A stretch of 64,000 bases of DNA. It comes from Sedimentisphaerales bacterium (lineage in GTDB: Bacteria > Planctomycetota > Phycisphaerae > Sedimentisphaerales > Anaerobacaceae). The stretch lies in the NCBI GenBank assembly GCA_963708075.1, contig OY970194.1:6400001-6464000 (forward strand), written 5' to 3'. The notes beneath the pieces are model-generated. The model saw only the letters and a program-made list of their open reading frames with translations. It did no database searches and was not told the origin of the DNA. Shown here piece after piece: positions 52,169 through 61,225 of the stretch; position 1 is the first letter of the stretch, and the number at the start of each line of letters is the position of its first letter. Made by a program: the position numbers and the translations under genes.

Positions 52169-52263
52169 TCATTCCCGCGCAGGCGGGAATCCAGCCGCGT
52201 ACCGAAGTTTCCTGGACCCCCGCCCCCGATCAGGTCGAGGGCAAGCTCTGCGCGGGGGTGACA
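52169..52263. repeat. REP-like doublet (TCATTCCCGCGCAGGCGGGAATCCAG family)
   Basis: Two inverted palindromic units between convergent genes; related to 56061-56137. Confidence 0.85.
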
Positions 52264-52273
52264 TAGTCGAGGC

Positions 52274-52954
52274 TCAGGGGCAGAGGTGGGTCAGGTCTTG
52301 CATGGTCAGGTCGCTGAGGCGGGCGACGACTTTGTCGGCCTCCTGTAACTGGTCGGCTTCGTAGGTGTTCGTCACGGCGATGGTGCGCATGTTGGCGGCC
52401 CGGGCGGCCTTGAGGCCCCAGTGCGAGTCCTCGATGACCACGCAGTGCGCGGGCGCGATCGGCTGGACCCGCCGCTGGTTGAGCTTCTTGAGGGCCAGCA
52501 CGAAGCCCTGCGGGTCGGGCTTGCCCCGCTTGACCTCCTCAGCCGAGACGACCACGTCGAAGTAGCTGCGCAGCTTGGCCCCGTCCAGGATCAACTCGAT
52601 CTCCGCCCGCAGCGCGCCGGAGCAGATCGCCGTCGGCACGCGATTCTGCGACAGCATTTGGAGGAACTCGCGGACGCCCTCGATGATCCTGCCCTCCGTG
52701 CGGGCGAGCTGCTCGAAGACCTTCGTTTTCTGCTGAACGAGTTCCTGGATTTGGGCCTCGTCGATGTGAAGGCGTCCTTCCCCGATCAGGGCTTTGAAGC
52801 AATCCACGTCGGTCATGCCGAGGTAGTCGCTGTAGTACTCGCGCCTGGTGAGCTCGAATCCATGCTTGCTCAATACGGCGTTGAAGGCCCGGAAATGAAG
52901 AATCTCCGAGTCGGTAATGACCCCGTCGAAATCAAAGATCACCGCGCCAAGCAT
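52274..52954 (-). CDS. HAD-family phosphatase (beta-PGM-like)
   Basis: IFDFDGVITDSE, GKPDP, IEDS. Confidence 0.92.
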   Translation of the reverse strand: MLGAVIFDFDGVITDSEILHFRAFNAVLSKHGFELTRREYYSDYLGMTDVDCFKALIGEGRLHIDEAQIQELVQQKTKVFEQLARTEGRIIEGVREFLQMLSQNRVPTAICSGALRAEIELILDGAKLRSYFDVVVSAEEVKRGKPDPQGFVLALKKLNQRRVQPIAPAHCVVIEDSHWGLKAARAANMRTIAVTNTYEADQLQEADKVVARLSDLTMQDLTHLCP

Positions 52955-52970
52955 ATAGGTCCCATTCGTC

Positions 52971-54773
52971 TTACGTTTCCGGCACGGGCCCGACCAGGGC
53001 CTCGTACTCGCTGAACGTCGATTTGTCGCCCCGGCGGACGAGGTCCGTCAGTGCCTTGATCTTCGGTGCGTTCTTTTCGACGTATCGCCGGGCCAGCACG
53101 GCCTTTCGTTGCTTCATGGGGACCTTTTGCCCGTTCCTGGCGTCGGCGCCAGCGACCGCGACATTCATGTCCACGGTGGTGCTGGCCTGGCCGCAGAACA
53201 GGTAGCCGTTGATCAGGTCGATGGCGACATCGACCAGGGCCCGGCCGTACAGGTCCATGTAGTCGTTGCCCTGCTCCTTCGTGAACTCGATGGCCGCGTT
53301 CAATTGCTGCGTCCCCTCCGCCAGCTTCTGCAGAAGGTCCGCCACATCCGGGCTGTATTGCAGGCCCGCAAGCTCGGCCAGGTACTTCTCCGCCGTGCCG
53401 CTGCACACGCCGCGGACCGCCGCCACGACCTGCAACTGGCTCGTGCCCTCGTAAATCGTCGTGATCCGCGCGTCGCGCACGTGCCGCTCGATGGCGTAGT
53501 CGCGCATGTAGCCGCTGCCGCCGAGGACCTGCATCGAATCGTACGTCACGCGATTGGACATCTCGGAGCAGTAATACTTGCTCATCGGCGTCAGCATGCC
53601 GGCGTATCTCTTATAGATGCGGGCGCTGTCCTTGAGCTTCTTTAGCTCGCCCTTGTCCTCCGGCGGGTGGTTATCGACCTGATTATTGTAGCCGATGGCC
53701 AGGTCCACGACGCGCGAGGCGTCGTAGAGCAATGCCCGTCCGGCCTCGATGGCGATCTTCATGTCGATGAGCATGTCGCGCACGGCAGGCAGGCGCTCGA
53801 TGGCCACGGAGAACTGCTTTCGACTGGCCGCATAGTCCCGGGCGATGCGGTAAGCCGCCTCGGCGATTCCCATGGACTGCCCGGCGATGCCGATTCTCGC
53901 GCCGTTCATCAGCGTGGCGACATAAGGGACCAGGCCGCGCTGCCGCTCGCCGATCAGCTCGCAGGGTGTGTTGTCGAAGAAGATTTCGCAGGTGGGCGAG
54001 CCGTGGATGCCGAGCTTGTCCTCAAGCCGGCGGATGTGGACGGTCGGTCCGGGCTCACAGACGAGCAGGCTCAGACCCAGCCCGCCGCTGCGGTCCGGCT
54101 CACTACGGGCGAGCACCAGCAGGATATCGCCGCAGCCGTTGGTGATGAATCGCTTGACGCCGTGGAGGAACCAGTTGCCGTCGTTGTCCTGGAAGGCCCG
54201 CACCTTCACCGCCTGCAAATCCGAGCCGGCGTCGGGCTCCGTCAGCACCATTGCGCCTGTGACCTTGCCGTTGGCGAAGGCCGGCAGGTACTTCTGCTTG
54301 ATCTCGTCGGAGGCAAATGCGTTGATCGTATCGGCGATGCCTTGGAGGCCGAAGATATTCATCAGCGAGGCATCCGCCCGCGAGAGAATCTCGATAGCCA
54401 TGGAGTACACGAGATTCGGGAAGTTCAGGCCGCCGAAGCGGTGAGGCAGGGTGAAGCCCATGACTTCCGCCTGGCCGAGCTTCTCGATGGCCTCCCGGAT
54501 TCCCTGCGGCCGGGTGACCGAGCCGTCCGGGTTCAGCGTGTTGCCCTCGCGGTCCACGCTTTCCGCCCGCGGCGCGATGAAGTCCGCGCACAGCTCGCCG
54601 ATGGACTCCAGCACCATCTCATAATTTCGGACGGCCTCCTGCTCGTTGGCCGGAGCGTGATCGAACTGCCCCGCGAACCGGAAGTCCTCCTCGAATGCCC
54701 TCGCCAGTTGCCCCAGGTCGATATGCCTGAACAGAAACCGGATGTCATCGTTGTCTTTGTAGAAGTTGCCCAT
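52971..54773 (-). CDS. Acyl-CoA dehydrogenase
   Basis: LTEPDAGSDL, KRFITNG, KLGIHGSPT, RKQF, GGSGYMRDY, IYEGTSQLQ. Confidence 0.95.
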   Translation of the reverse strand: MGNFYKDNDDIRFLFRHIDLGQLARAFEEDFRFAGQFDHAPANEQEAVRNYEMVLESIGELCADFIAPRAESVDREGNTLNPDGSVTRPQGIREAIEKLGQAEVMGFTLPHRFGGLNFPNLVYSMAIEILSRADASLMNIFGLQGIADTINAFASDEIKQKYLPAFANGKVTGAMVLTEPDAGSDLQAVKVRAFQDNDGNWFLHGVKRFITNGCGDILLVLARSEPDRSGGLGLSLLVCEPGPTVHIRRLEDKLGIHGSPTCEIFFDNTPCELIGERQRGLVPYVATLMNGARIGIAGQSMGIAEAAYRIARDYAASRKQFSVAIERLPAVRDMLIDMKIAIEAGRALLYDASRVVDLAIGYNNQVDNHPPEDKGELKKLKDSARIYKRYAGMLTPMSKYYCSEMSNRVTYDSMQVLGGSGYMRDYAIERHVRDARITTIYEGTSQLQVVAAVRGVCSGTAEKYLAELAGLQYSPDVADLLQKLAEGTQQLNAAIEFTKEQGNDYMDLYGRALVDVAIDLINGYLFCGQASTTVDMNVAVAGADARNGQKVPMKQRKAVLARRYVEKNAPKIKALTDLVRRGDKSTFSEYEALVGPVPET

Positions 54774-54800
54774 ATCTCATCCGTACCTTAGTTTTCACTT

Positions 54801-54882
54801 CGGGTGCCATGTCCACGCTCGCGTGGACATGCCTGGCTCATCCGGCAGATACATGCTTACGCAGGCGTAAGCATGGCACCCG
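54801..54882. repeat. REPIN-like doublet (CGGGTGCCATG...CATGGCACCCG)
   Basis: Terminal inverted 11-mers enclosing two internal palindromes. Confidence 0.85.
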
Positions 54883-54883
54883 G

Positions 54884-54954
54884 CGACTTACGATTCTCGA
54901 TTCGCGATTTTGGGCCGGCCCTTCAGCAATCGTAAATCATAAATCGTAAATCAC
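54884..54954. repeat. Inverted pair of heptamer arrays (CGATTNN x4 / AAATCGT x4)
   Basis: CGACTTA CGATTCT CGATTCG CGATTTT - GGGCCGGCCC - CAATCGT AAATCAT AAATCGT AAATCAC. Confidence 0.85.
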
Positions 54955-55985
54955 TCTACGCCTTTCTCCTTGATGGCCTTGATCATCCTTGGGACGACCT
55001 CGTTCAGGTCGCCGAGGATTTTGTAGTGGGCGACGTTGAAGATCGGGGCCTCGGGATCGTTGTTGATGGCGACGATCTTCTGGCTCTGGGCCATGCCCGC
55101 CTGGTGCTGGATGGCGCCGCTGATTCCGACGGCGATGTAGAGACTCGGGCGGACCGTTGTCCCGGTCTGGCCGACCTGGTGGTCGTGGTCGATGAAGCCG
55201 AGATCGACCGCCGCCCGGGTCGCCCCCGGGGCCGCACCGAGGCAGTTAGCCAGATCCCAGACCAGCCGGAAATTCTCTTTGCTGCCAACGCCCGCGCCGC
55301 CTGCGACGATGATTCTGGCCGCCTTGAGATCGACCTTCTTTGGCCGCTTGTGTTCCTGCAAAATCTCCAGGGGCAGATCGTCGTGAGCGAGCTTCACACT
55401 CTCCGTCACGATTGTGCCGCGGCGCTTCACGTCGGGTTGCGGCATGGCCATCACGCCTTCACGGACAGTCGCCATCTGCGGCCAGCGGTCGTAGTTGATG
55501 ATCGTCGCGATGATGTTGCCGCCGAACGCCGGGCGGATCTGGAACAGCAGATTCTTATGGACCTCGCCGTCCTTGGCCGTGGTGTGATCGCCGATCTGCA
55601 GGTCGGTGCAGTCGGCGGTCAGGCCCGCCTTGGCGGCGCTGGCGATTCGCGGGGCCAGGTCCCGGCCCGCCACCGTCGCGCCATAGAGCACGATCTGCGG
55701 CTTGTGCTTGTGGATCAGGTCGAGGATCACCTTCGCGTAGCTGTTGGCCTGGTACGCCCCGAGGAACGGGTGCTCGACCAGGTACACCTTGTCGGCCCCG
55801 TACTGTGTCAGCTTCGTGCCGAGCTCCTTGACGCCGTCGCCCAGGAGCACCGCCGCCAGTTTCACCTTCAGCGTATCCGCCAGGTGCCGCGCCTTGCTCA
55901 TCAGCTCCAGCGGCGTCTCCTCCAGACGCCCGCCATGCTGCTCCGCGAACACCCACACGTCCCCTTGTCTATTCACGTCGATCAT
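54951..55985 (-). CDS. etfA: Electron transfer flavoprotein alpha subunit
   Basis: [28 protein letters not shown]. Confidence 0.95.
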   Translation of the reverse strand: MIDVNRQGDVWVFAEQHGGRLEETPLELMSKARHLADTLKVKLAAVLLGDGVKELGTKLTQYGADKVYLVEHPFLGAYQANSYAKVILDLIHKHKPQIVLYGATVAGRDLAPRIASAAKAGLTADCTDLQIGDHTTAKDGEVHKNLLFQIRPAFGGNIIATIINYDRWPQMATVREGVMAMPQPDVKRRGTIVTESVKLAHDDLPLEILQEHKRPKKVDLKAARIIVAGGAGVGSKENFRLVWDLANCLGAAPGATRAAVDLGFIDHDHQVGQTGTTVRPSLYIAVGISGAIQHQAGMAQSQKIVAINNDPEAPIFNVAHYKILGDLNEVVPRMIKAIKEKGVE

Positions 55986-56060
55986 GCTTGGCTTCTCGTC
56001 GTCCTTATCTCGTCAAATCGATGTCCCTGTTCCGTGCGCATCAGACGAAACGGTCGTCCT

Positions 56061-56137
56061 CATGTCACCCCCGCGCAGGCGGGGGTCCAGGAACGCACAG
56101 AGAGTAACTGGATTCCCGCCTCCGCGGGAATGACATG
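56061..56137. repeat. REP-like doublet
   Basis: CATGTCACCCCCGCGCAGGCGGGGGTCCAG ... CTGGATTCCCGCCTCCGCGGGAATGACATG. Confidence 0.88.
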
Positions 56138-56183
56138 GGGTGGCGTTCGCCCCGCTCTTACCAAACTATAGGCTCGAAGCGTG

Positions 56184-57194
56184 TCAGTCATCTGTCAACT
56201 TCGCCTCCGCTGGCAACGTAGCTCGAATTGTGGCTTTCAATTCCTTGCTAACATCATCAGGTTTCGTCGAGTCCCACAGGATTGTCAAATGGTGGTTAGT
56301 ATCGAAGTGAGGCTTGGACTTGTGATCTTCGAATACTTTTTTCTCACACGTGTAGATGACCGGTTTTCCCATTCCCTCAGCGTACCCGGCTTCCCAGTAG
56401 GCGCCCCGATTCCCGTGCGTCAAGTCGGCGATCAGAAAGCGCGAGGTTCGTATCTCCACCCTCAACCTGTCATCTATTAGTCCTGCCGGCTGGGGCCTAT
56501 CAGGGAGTTTGAATAGATCGAAGCCGGTTTCCTTGACCGCCGGCTTGAACACGCTCTCAAAGATGTCCTCCAACGGTTCCTCGTTGTACTGCATGGCCAT
56601 GAATGCTCTGCGGCTGTCAGCGTGCCCCAGTTTGAGCTTCTCGTAATGCTCCCAACCATCGAAAGACAGAGTTACGCGTCTCCAAACGCCAGATTCTCCG
56701 GGCCCATGGTCGATCAGTTTTGCATTGTTGAGCAAGTGGCTAGAAACGAGCTCGAATTCCTGTTCATTTGGAGACCCGACGATCGCTTGAATGGCCAGTC
56801 TCTCGACTGCGGCGTATCGACCGCCGACCTTGATGTTATCACCTATCCACCGCACATAGTTGTCAGCCTGCGCCATAGGTGATGGACGTGGATTCCTGAT
56901 AACGCCGCTCACGAGCTCGTGGGTTAGGACTATGGGGTCCTTCCCGCTTAGCCTCTTCTTTGACTCATGTTCAGTGCGAATCCAATGGCTCAGCACTGCC
57001 ATCTTCTGAGGGTCTCTCTCAAGTAAATCCTCTAGAAAGGACACCCTGCGCAGGGAATCGGTGAGAGGTATCTTAAGGCAGAAGTCACCACACCGCTCGC
57101 AGTGGTACTTGTCCACCCTGGCTTGGTCTCGGGCATCAGGCTCCGAGATCAGCGGCGTAATATCGGTTTGACACACAGGGCATTTGTCGCTCAC
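56184..57194 (-). CDS. Zn-ribbon + nucleoside-deoxyribosyltransferase/TIR-like domain protein (accessory)
   Basis: CPVC...CERC N-terminus; AFMAM...IADLTHGNRGAYWEAGYAEGMGKPVIYTC...HFD C-terminus; GTG start after AGGAG; visibly lower GC. Confidence 0.8.
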   Translation of the reverse strand: MSDKCPVCQTDITPLISEPDARDQARVDKYHCERCGDFCLKIPLTDSLRRVSFLEDLLERDPQKMAVLSHWIRTEHESKKRLSGKDPIVLTHELVSGVIRNPRPSPMAQADNYVRWIGDNIKVGGRYAAVERLAIQAIVGSPNEQEFELVSSHLLNNAKLIDHGPGESGVWRRVTLSFDGWEHYEKLKLGHADSRRAFMAMQYNEEPLEDIFESVFKPAVKETGFDLFKLPDRPQPAGLIDDRLRVEIRTSRFLIADLTHGNRGAYWEAGYAEGMGKPVIYTCEKKVFEDHKSKPHFDTNHHLTILWDSTKPDDVSKELKATIRATLPAEAKLTDD

Positions 57195-57217
57195 GTTCGT
57201 ACTCTCCTGTTTGTACT

Positions 57218-58129
57218 TCACGCGATGATCTTGTCCTGGATGAGCTCGTGGATCATGGCGGCGACACCTTCGTCGGTCGGGGCGATTGTCTTGCTTTCTT
57301 TCGCGGCCAGGACGACGCTTTGGATGCGGTGGACCTTCGTGGGCGAGCCGCTGCGGCCGCACCAGGTCAGGTCCGCACCGATGGCGTCCAGGTCCCACTG
57401 CTTGATCAGCAGGCCCTTCTGCGCCAGGGCGTCCGCCTGCTCCTTGACGAGCTTCTTGATCGTTACATCATTCACGCCGGGATGGGCGGCCTTGACCTGT
57501 TGCTCGATCTCCACCGGCGCCAGGGCGTTCTTGTTCTTCATGAGTTTCCTGGCCGCCGCGACCCGGGGCTCGCCCGCTTCGCCCGTGACCGTCAGCAGGA
57601 CGGGCAGCCTGGCCCGGACCAGTTGCCAGCCATTGCCGATATTGCGACGGGCCGTGATCGTATCGCCTTCGAGTCCTTCCATCGCCTCGACGTAGGTAAT
57701 CTGGGTAATTCCGAGCTTCTCGGCCATCTGCGGGCCCACTTGGGCGGTATCGCCGTCGATGGCCTGCCGGCCGCACAGGACGATGTCGTAATCCAGCTTT
57801 TTCACGGCGCAGCTCAGGATGTAGCTGGTCGCCAGGGTATCGCTGGCGGCGGCACGCGAATCGGTGACCAGGACGGCGTCGTCCGCGCCCCGGTACAGAG
57901 CATCGCGGAGAATCCTCGCCGCCGCGGGAAGGCCCATCGTAATCACGGTAACCCGGCCGCCGAAGCGGTCCTTGATCCGCAGCGCGATCTCCAGCGCGTT
58001 CAAGTCTTCCGGATTGAAAATGGCCGGCAGGGCCGCACGATTTACCGTTCCGTCGTCATTCATGACCTGCCCGGTAATCCTTTGCGTATCCGGCACCTGC
58101 TTGGCCAACACAACACAGTGATAACCCAC
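57218..58129 (-). CDS. etfB: Electron transfer flavoprotein beta subunit
   Basis: KQVPDT, NPED, GRQAIDGDTAQVGP, GSPTKV. Confidence 0.95.
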   Translation of the reverse strand: MGYHCVVLAKQVPDTQRITGQVMNDDGTVNRAALPAIFNPEDLNALEIALRIKDRFGGRVTVITMGLPAAARILRDALYRGADDAVLVTDSRAAASDTLATSYILSCAVKKLDYDIVLCGRQAIDGDTAQVGPQMAEKLGITQITYVEAMEGLEGDTITARRNIGNGWQLVRARLPVLLTVTGEAGEPRVAAARKLMKNKNALAPVEIEQQVKAAHPGVNDVTIKKLVKEQADALAQKGLLIKQWDLDAIGADLTWCGRSGSPTKVHRIQSVVLAAKESKTIAPTDEGVAAMIHELIQDKIIA

Positions 58130-58398
58130 CTGCGGTCTCCTACCAGTTGTCTTATCTGATGCTGATCCCCAGGAAGCCCATAGTTTACCCGCCCTCGTTC
58201 GCAGGTCAACCCCAAACTGAGGTAGGCCGCCAAACGCTGTGTGTACAGCCGCGTTCTATATTGCACGGCGTGGACCAAGAGGCGGGGGCGCCTCGGGCTG
58301 GAAAGAAGAAGCCCCCGCAAGCAAAAAACGGAGGGAGAGGAAGTGCGGCTCACGGGGGCTTATAGACTGCGATTCCCTGTGTCCCGAAGGACCGGGCC

Positions 58399-58782
58399 TC
58401 AGGTTCGGGAAGACGGCCCCGTATGAGACCGTGTTGCGAAATGTGCCGGCGCGCAACCTTGCAGGCGCGCCAAAGCAGCGGTCTTGTCCTCGACGAAATC
58501 GAAGAGTCTGTCGAGCTGGACGGTAACGAAGACGCCCCTCGTTTGGGGAGCCACGCCGCACAGGACCAGCTTGTGCCCCAGGTCCCGCATCAGCCGGCGC
58601 AATTCCAGGAGCCTGGAAAACGTCAGAGACCCCACAACATCAACCGTGGAGAAGTCAACGATGACATCGCAGCGGCCTCTTTGACGTGCCATTTCCACGA
58701 CGGTTTGCAGCTCGCTGTGTCCCTCCAGTTCCCGAGGCAAGTCCACAACGATCACGTCCTCCAACCCTGTCTGAACGCTCAT
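58399..58782 (-). CDS. STAS domain protein
   Basis: VIVDFSTVDVVGS...KLVLCGV...LDRLFDF. Confidence 0.85.
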   Translation of the reverse strand: MSVQTGLEDVIVVDLPRELEGHSELQTVVEMARQRGRCDVIVDFSTVDVVGSLTFSRLLELRRLMRDLGHKLVLCGVAPQTRGVFVTVQLDRLFDFVEDKTAALARLQGCAPAHFATRSHTGPSSRT

Positions 58783-59196
58783 CCACGGCCATCCTTTCCA
58801 GCATCCTGGTGCCAATCAAAATCGTAGGTGCGACCTATCCTATTTCTAATGGCGTCTGCCGATGGCAGAATGTGGATGCCAAAAATGAGAAAAATTCATT
58901 CGACGAAGCACATCGCCGCTGCATCTCCTCGTGACCGGCGTATCCTCCCCTCCTAATGACCCGGAATCACGGCATCTGTCGCTCTGCAGGCCCGCTACTC
59001 CTTGTGGGACATGAGGATTGCCCCCGTGCGCGGAACTTCGGCCTCTCCTACGTCCTGGAACTTGTCTCAATTGTGAGAGACAACGTCGCGATTATCGGTT
59101 CACGCCCCGCCAAGGGCCTGCGGGTCTGATAATGAAACGTCCGCGATTATCGGCCCTTTTCGATTTCCGTGTGGCATCCGCCCATGCGTATGGACA

Positions 59197-59212
59197 TGGC
59201 ACGCTATTTGCT
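59197..59212 (+). promoter_or_regulatory. sigma54 -24/-12 promoter
   Basis: TGGCACGCTATTTGCT matches TGGCAC-N5-TTGC(A/T). Confidence 0.8.
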
Positions 59213-59355
59213 GTCTTAAGGTTGTCATCGCCATAGACGTGTGTGGCGGTACTTGGGGGTCAGCGAAACACCATACGTAACGTAGGTCACGCCAGAACCC
59301 AATTCGAGGGGACAAACAGCCGGATTCTGCCGGCACGAATTGGAAAGGGGTCTAA

Positions 59356-59974
59356 ATGCACACCGATCGAAACCTGGGGAGACTGTTTGTTGCCGCGATT
59401 GCCACGGCCTTGCTCATGGCGGGCTGGGCGGTCGCCGCGCACTCCGATCACGGCTGTGATGGCTGCCACGTGCCTCACAACGCCGGCGATCTGCCGGGAG
59501 TGCCGCTCTGGAACGGCAACGAGAACCACCACGACGTTCACGATGTATTCCAGCTCGACGTTGCAGGCGAGCATGGAGGGCCAGCCCACCGGGGCCTCCA
59601 GGCTGTGCCTCAGTTGCCACGACGGCGCCAACCCGAGCTATGTGTGGATGAGCGACAGCCGCAAGTTTGGGGCCAGTGAGCTGACGAACAGCCATCCGAT
59701 CTCGTTCGTGTATGACTCCTCGCTGGTCGCTGCCGACGGCGCGTTGAAAGACCCGTCGCAGCCCAGCACGCTCGGGCGGACGATTGCCGAGGACCTGCTG
59801 GACGCCAGCAGCCGGGTGCAATGCAACAGTTGCCACGACGTGCACATCAGCGGCGTGGGCCAGTATTTGCTGCGCGGCTACGATTACGGCCGGGAGACGA
59901 TCGCGAACCCCGACGGCACGACCACGACAGTGCGTCACGGACCGGAACTGTGCCGCATGTGCCACATCAAATAG
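59356..59974 (+). CDS. Periplasmic tetraheme c-type cytochrome (doubled-CXXCH-like), apparent +1 frameshift at 59521-59527
   Basis: Signal peptide + CDGCH in frame 59356; CLSCH, CNSCH and CRMCH in the next frame. Confidence 0.85.
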
Positions 59975-60290
59975 GACCGGGGCACCGAGGCTCGTTGCAC
60001 ACGGATCCTTCGCGGCCCGTCGCCGGTATCGCAATGGCGGGCTGCATACGTGCCCATCGAGCCCTGGAATATGATTCTATAGCACCGGGTGGCAGCGGCA
60101 AGCGCGAGCTTGCCGATGGTTCCCAAAGGGACCATCACCAAAGCCTTTTGGCCCCGTTCAGGCTAGGCTTGGGGGGGCTGCCACCCGGTGCTTGTCATTT
60201 GAATGCCCGAGCCCGAGACCAGGAAGCCCGAAAACTCTGCGGCGAATTCGCCTACCCGAACATCCCCGAAGACGACCCGCCGGAAGCAGA

Positions 60291-60434
60291 ATAGGACCCA
60301 TGGGACCTATAGGACGGATCGGACGAATCCGGTACCTTGCCACGGCACCGGCGGCGTGAACCGATTTCAGCCAGGGTCACGGGGCTCATTGGTTCCATAG
60401 GTCCTATGAGTCCCATCCGTCCTATTCGTCCCAT
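60291..60434. repeat. Convergent 9-nt variant arrays (ATRGGACNN): 60291-60326 (+) and 60381-60434 (-)
   Basis: ATAGGACCC ATGGGACCT ATAGGACGG ATCGGACGA versus TGGTTCCAT AGGTCCTAT GAGTCCCAT CCGTCCTAT TCGTCCCAT. Confidence 0.88.
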
Positions 60435-61063
60435 CCCGCAGCCGCGGATTGTCACGGCTCTGGCGGCGGGCATGGTAAAGCCGTTCTGTGAACCCGCCTT
60501 CAGCGAGGAAATGCTGCTCCAAAGAGCGGAGTTGCTGGTCAAGCAGGTAGTTGGCCTGGTGGACGAGACAGATCACGGCGTTAGCCGCAACCTCCGGCAG
60601 CCCCTTCTCAACATAGGTCCTATAGGTTCTCATAGGTCCTATCAGGCCGGTAGGCCAACGTCCTGATCGCACGAGCCTGCGGATGGTCCTTGCCCCAAAT
60701 GGGCAGGTCCCGCTGCCGGAGAAAATCCTGATAGTCCTGGAGCAATTCCTCCAGGCTGGCCCGCGCCACATTGGTCAGCTTGAGTTCAGTCTTCTTCGAG
60801 GTGCCGGAGGCTTGGCTACCCTCCGCGATATTCTGCTTGCCGCTCCTCGCGGCCTGCACCATCTGATCGGTTGTGCGCGAGTAGCGGTCGATGAAGCGGG
60901 CGCAGAAGGCGACCGTCGCATCATAGATGATCTCGGCCACCTGATAGGATTTGAGCTGCCGATACCCGCCATGCGCAGGAATCACCCCCGGCGAATCATA
61001 GGTCCCATCGGCCCCATGAGTCCCATCCGTCCCATCCAATCGCGGCTCTCTCCTATCCTCCAT
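60367..61063 (-). CDS. Four-helix-bundle (23S-IVS/Avd-like) protein with suffix domain, apparent +1 frameshift at 60625-60631
   Basis: HGGYRQLKSYQ, DQMVQAARSGKQNIAEGS, VARASLEELLQDY; suffix AANAVICLVHQANYLLDQQL..LEQHFLAEGGFTERLY in the second frame. Confidence 0.9.
61000..61035 (-). repeat. 9-nt variant array at the 5' end of the four-helix-bundle gene
   Basis: AGGTCCCAT CGGCCCCAT GAGTCCCAT CCGTCCCAT. Confidence 0.85.
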
Positions 61064-61225
61064 GCGGCCGATGATAGCTGCCCCCTCTGCCGGCGAGCAA
61101 GCCTTTTCCACAGGATCGCCATCCCCTGGACGGCGTCGCGGGCGTTCTTCTCCAGCCTGGACAACACCAAGAAATCCGTTGGCAACATGCCCGTTGGCAA
61201 CGCGCGAAGTCTCGGACTCAGGCCC

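Noticed and set aside
58800..58815. sigma54 promoter for the STAS gene
   Set aside because: GG-GC spacing is 9 nt rather than 10
60291..61035. 9-mer arrays as a CRISPR array or DGR template/variable repeats
   Set aside because: No unique spacers, no cas or reverse transcriptase gene, and no long repeat pair differing at adenines
61176..61202. CCGTTGGCAAC direct repeat
   Set aside because: Only two short copies and no supporting context
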